Below, one piece after another: positions 63,945 to 64,000 of a stretch of DNA of 64,000 nucleotides. Position numbers and translations under genes: made by a program. The notes beneath the pieces were generated by a model that did no database searches, was not told the origin of the DNA, and saw nothing but the letters and a program-made list of their open reading frames with translations. Positions within the stretch are counted from its first letter, which is position 1; each line of letters opens with the position of its first letter. The stretch is from the sequence record LR756501.1; one strand, written 5' to 3'.

Positions 63945-63953
63945 TTAAAGAAC
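63945..63953 (-). promoter_or_regulatory. boxA-like element
   Basis: TGTTCTTTAACA, one base from E. coli boxA TGCTCTTTAACA. Confidence 0.7.
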
Positions 63954-63954
63954 A

Positions 63955-63990
63955 TAAAAACAAAAAACCCAATCATTGCTGATTGGGTCT
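63955..63990 (-). terminator. Third attenuator-type terminator, before the Leu array
   Basis: acccaatca-GCAA-tgattgggt + U tract. Confidence 0.85.
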
Positions 63991-64000
63991 CTGTGACTTC

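Noticed and set aside
1-64000. Stop-codon reassignment as in some large phages
   Set aside because: Long conserved genes are uninterrupted in the standard code and no tRNA with a CTA, TCA or TTA anticodon was found.

Overview
AT-rich, gene-dense segment of a very large (jumbo/huge) T4-like tailed phage, read in the standard genetic code. The host is most likely Bacteroidota, judged from TAnnTTTG promoters, a Bacteroidota-like GluRS and GlnII, and a FISUMP protein. The left ~50 kb is rich in ORFs with T4-like capsid-targeting N-termini (e.g. MKKFxxFINE) and/or a recurrent peptide tag DPYGEE[DN]W (18 exact copies plus 1 degenerate, in 14 ORFs). These include GluRS, PPK2, an ART-like protein, a 1233-aa deaminase/CCA-enzyme polyprotein and two apparent capsid-protein fragments. 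The right ~25 kb is a translation and tRNA-supply region: about 30 tRNAs and 4 tRNA-like elements, EF-G, bL12, a minimal LeuRS, an RNA ligase, a ~227-nt RNase P RNA and a group I intron in tRNA-Leu(UAA). The strongest candidate for a new system is a set of leader-peptide attenuators ahead of the tRNA arrays. Their control codons match the tRNAs downstream: YNDYCIND precedes the Tyr/Asn/Asp/Cys/Ile array and MIQEQMQQIQ precedes the Glu/Met/Ile/Gln array. Each leader has a CUGAUUGG antiterminator segment and a matching terminator, and boxA-like sites recur ahead of the tRNA blocks. All calls come from reading the sequence by eye; no searches or folding programs were run.
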